A stretch of 63,172 bases of DNA, filler included, from Welwitschia mirabilis (taxonomy: Eukaryota), in NCBI GenBank assembly GCA_051453625.1. It is 7 parts of one record of this genome, joined end to end, with 100 filler letters (N's around TTAATTAATTAA, not from the genome) between each part and the next. Parts side by side here need not be neighbours in the genome. Positions count along the whole stretch, not along the records: positions 56,450 to 63,172 come from JBOZIK010000001.1; 6 more parts are not named here. The stretch is one strand, 5' to 3'. Position 1 is the stretch's first letter. Each line of letters begins with the position of its first letter. The position numbers and the translations under genes were made by a program. Below are positions 61,860 through 63,172 of the stretch, in pieces. The notes under the pieces are model-generated. The model did not search any database, had not been told where the DNA came from, and was given only the letters and a program-made list of their open reading frames with translations.

Positions 61860-62788
61860 CCTTCTTTCTATTTGAACATCCATTATCCACATGCCCATAC
61901 CCTTTACAAGCATGGCACTAAACATTCTTCATTTTTTCTTAATCTCTTCTTAGTTTTAATTGGTCTCTTCTATCCCCTTTGCTTGTTTTTCCATCTCTTC
62001 CTTTCTTGAACAAGAATTTTTTATACTTTCTAGCCAACACTGCTACTTCATCCTCATCAAGATCTTTATCTGATCTCTCATATTCCACTTCATCCTGCAC
62101 ACTTTTTAAGGTAAGACTTTTCTTCTTGTCTTTAAAAAATTTTAACTCATAAGTTTGAAGATTACGTTGTAATTCATCTAAGGCCATTCAGTTGATATTC
62201 TTACTTTCTTCAATAGCAATAACCTTTGATTCAAAACACTTGGGAAAAGATATTTATACTTTTCTTACTACTCTTGCCTCATCCATCTTTTCCCCTACAC
62301 TGTCCATTGAGTTTACTATGTCTAATTTGGCAAAGAACTCCTAGAGAGTTTCTTCCTCCTCCATTCGAATATCTTGAAACTTGGTGATCAACATTTGGAG
62401 TTTTGCTTATTTGATGGTGGAAGTTCCTTCATGGGATACTTCAAGAATGTCCTATGCTTCTTTGGCAACTTCACAATTCACTATTCTCTTGAATTATTTT
62501 GTAGACACAACACAAAAAATAGCATTAAGAACACGTGCATCAAGAGTAGCATTTGCTTTATCAACAAAAGTCCATTGATCTTTTGGCTTTAAAGATGATT
62601 TTGGAATTTTCATTACTATTGTTTTGGGTCATTGTAGGGTGGATGTATCCGTTGTAAGCTACATCTTTTATATCCACATTAAGAGACTTGATGAATATTC
62701 TCATTCTAGCCTTCCAATAAGCATAATTTATTCTATCAAACAATGATGGCTTTCTAGTAGAGAATCCATTTGAGAGGACACTCATCAC
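61860..62788 (-). pseudogene. gag: SIRE gag, frameshifted
   Basis: GFSTRKPSLFDRINYAYWKARMRIFIKSL; LDELQRNLQTYEL; DEDEVAVLARKYKKFL; CHACKG zinc-knuckle relic near 61875-61915. Confidence 0.9.
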
Positions 62789-63172
62789 TAGGGTTAATAG
62801 TTAAGATTTATTTTGACTCAATGCTTTAATATCAAATGAAGGATTTGAAAAACCCTAAAGGAAAGGTTTTTGGGGGAGCGNNNNNNNNNNNNNGGGGGGG
62901 GGGAAGAGGGAAGACAAGGTTGAAAAGGATTTTTACAAATATATCTTCTTAACAATAACTTTAAAAAGAAAAAGAAAGACCTAGCTTTAGGAATTTAATG
63001 GATATTATCAGTAGAAATAAGTATGATGAAGTAAAATAGAAAGTGTACACCAGACAAGTAGTTTATACTAGTTTAGAAAACACCCCTACTCCACTCTCAA
63101 CTATCAGCTTCAACCTTAAGCTGATTCAGATCTTTGTTCCTTTTCCCTCCAGGTTTCTAGGTCAACCTGTAA

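Larger units (their letters stand above)
56450..63172 (-). mobile_element. SIRE (Sirevirus)-type Ty1/copia element, near full length, defective
   Basis: 5' LTR from 62837 to the window end; decayed iMet PBS 62823-62834; gag-pol; extra ORF; several AAAGGGGGAG-like tracts (57575-58005); 3' LTR from 57574 leftwards (56700-56915 matches 62950-63172). Confidence 0.9.

Overview
AT-rich, gap-riddled plant genomic DNA made almost entirely of decayed, nested retrotransposons. I found no intact host gene, RNA gene or CRISPR array, and I cannot name the species. Six artificial 100-bp joins (44 N + TTAATTAATTAA + 44 N) split the window into seven assembly pieces. Contents: (i) several related Athila-like Ty3/gypsy elements with decayed tRNA-Asp primer sites, here called A (gag+protease only), B, C1, C2, D and fragments; (ii) a 5'-truncated L1-type LINE with poly(A) and target-site duplication (TSD) inside the 5' LTR of D; (iii) two Tekay/Del chromovirus fragments; (iv) an old Ty1/copia relic; (v) a near-complete SIRE-type copia with an extra ORF. 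The strongest observation is structural: putting piece 3046-10944 before piece 1-2945 rebuilds a three-level nest (C2 contains B contains A) with an ATCAC TSD, so the assembly order is probably wrong. I see no evidence for a wholly new biological system. The best novelty candidates are the pol-less Athila derivatives, one lineage of which carries an unrecognised ORF at the gag position. All alignments and counts were made by eye.
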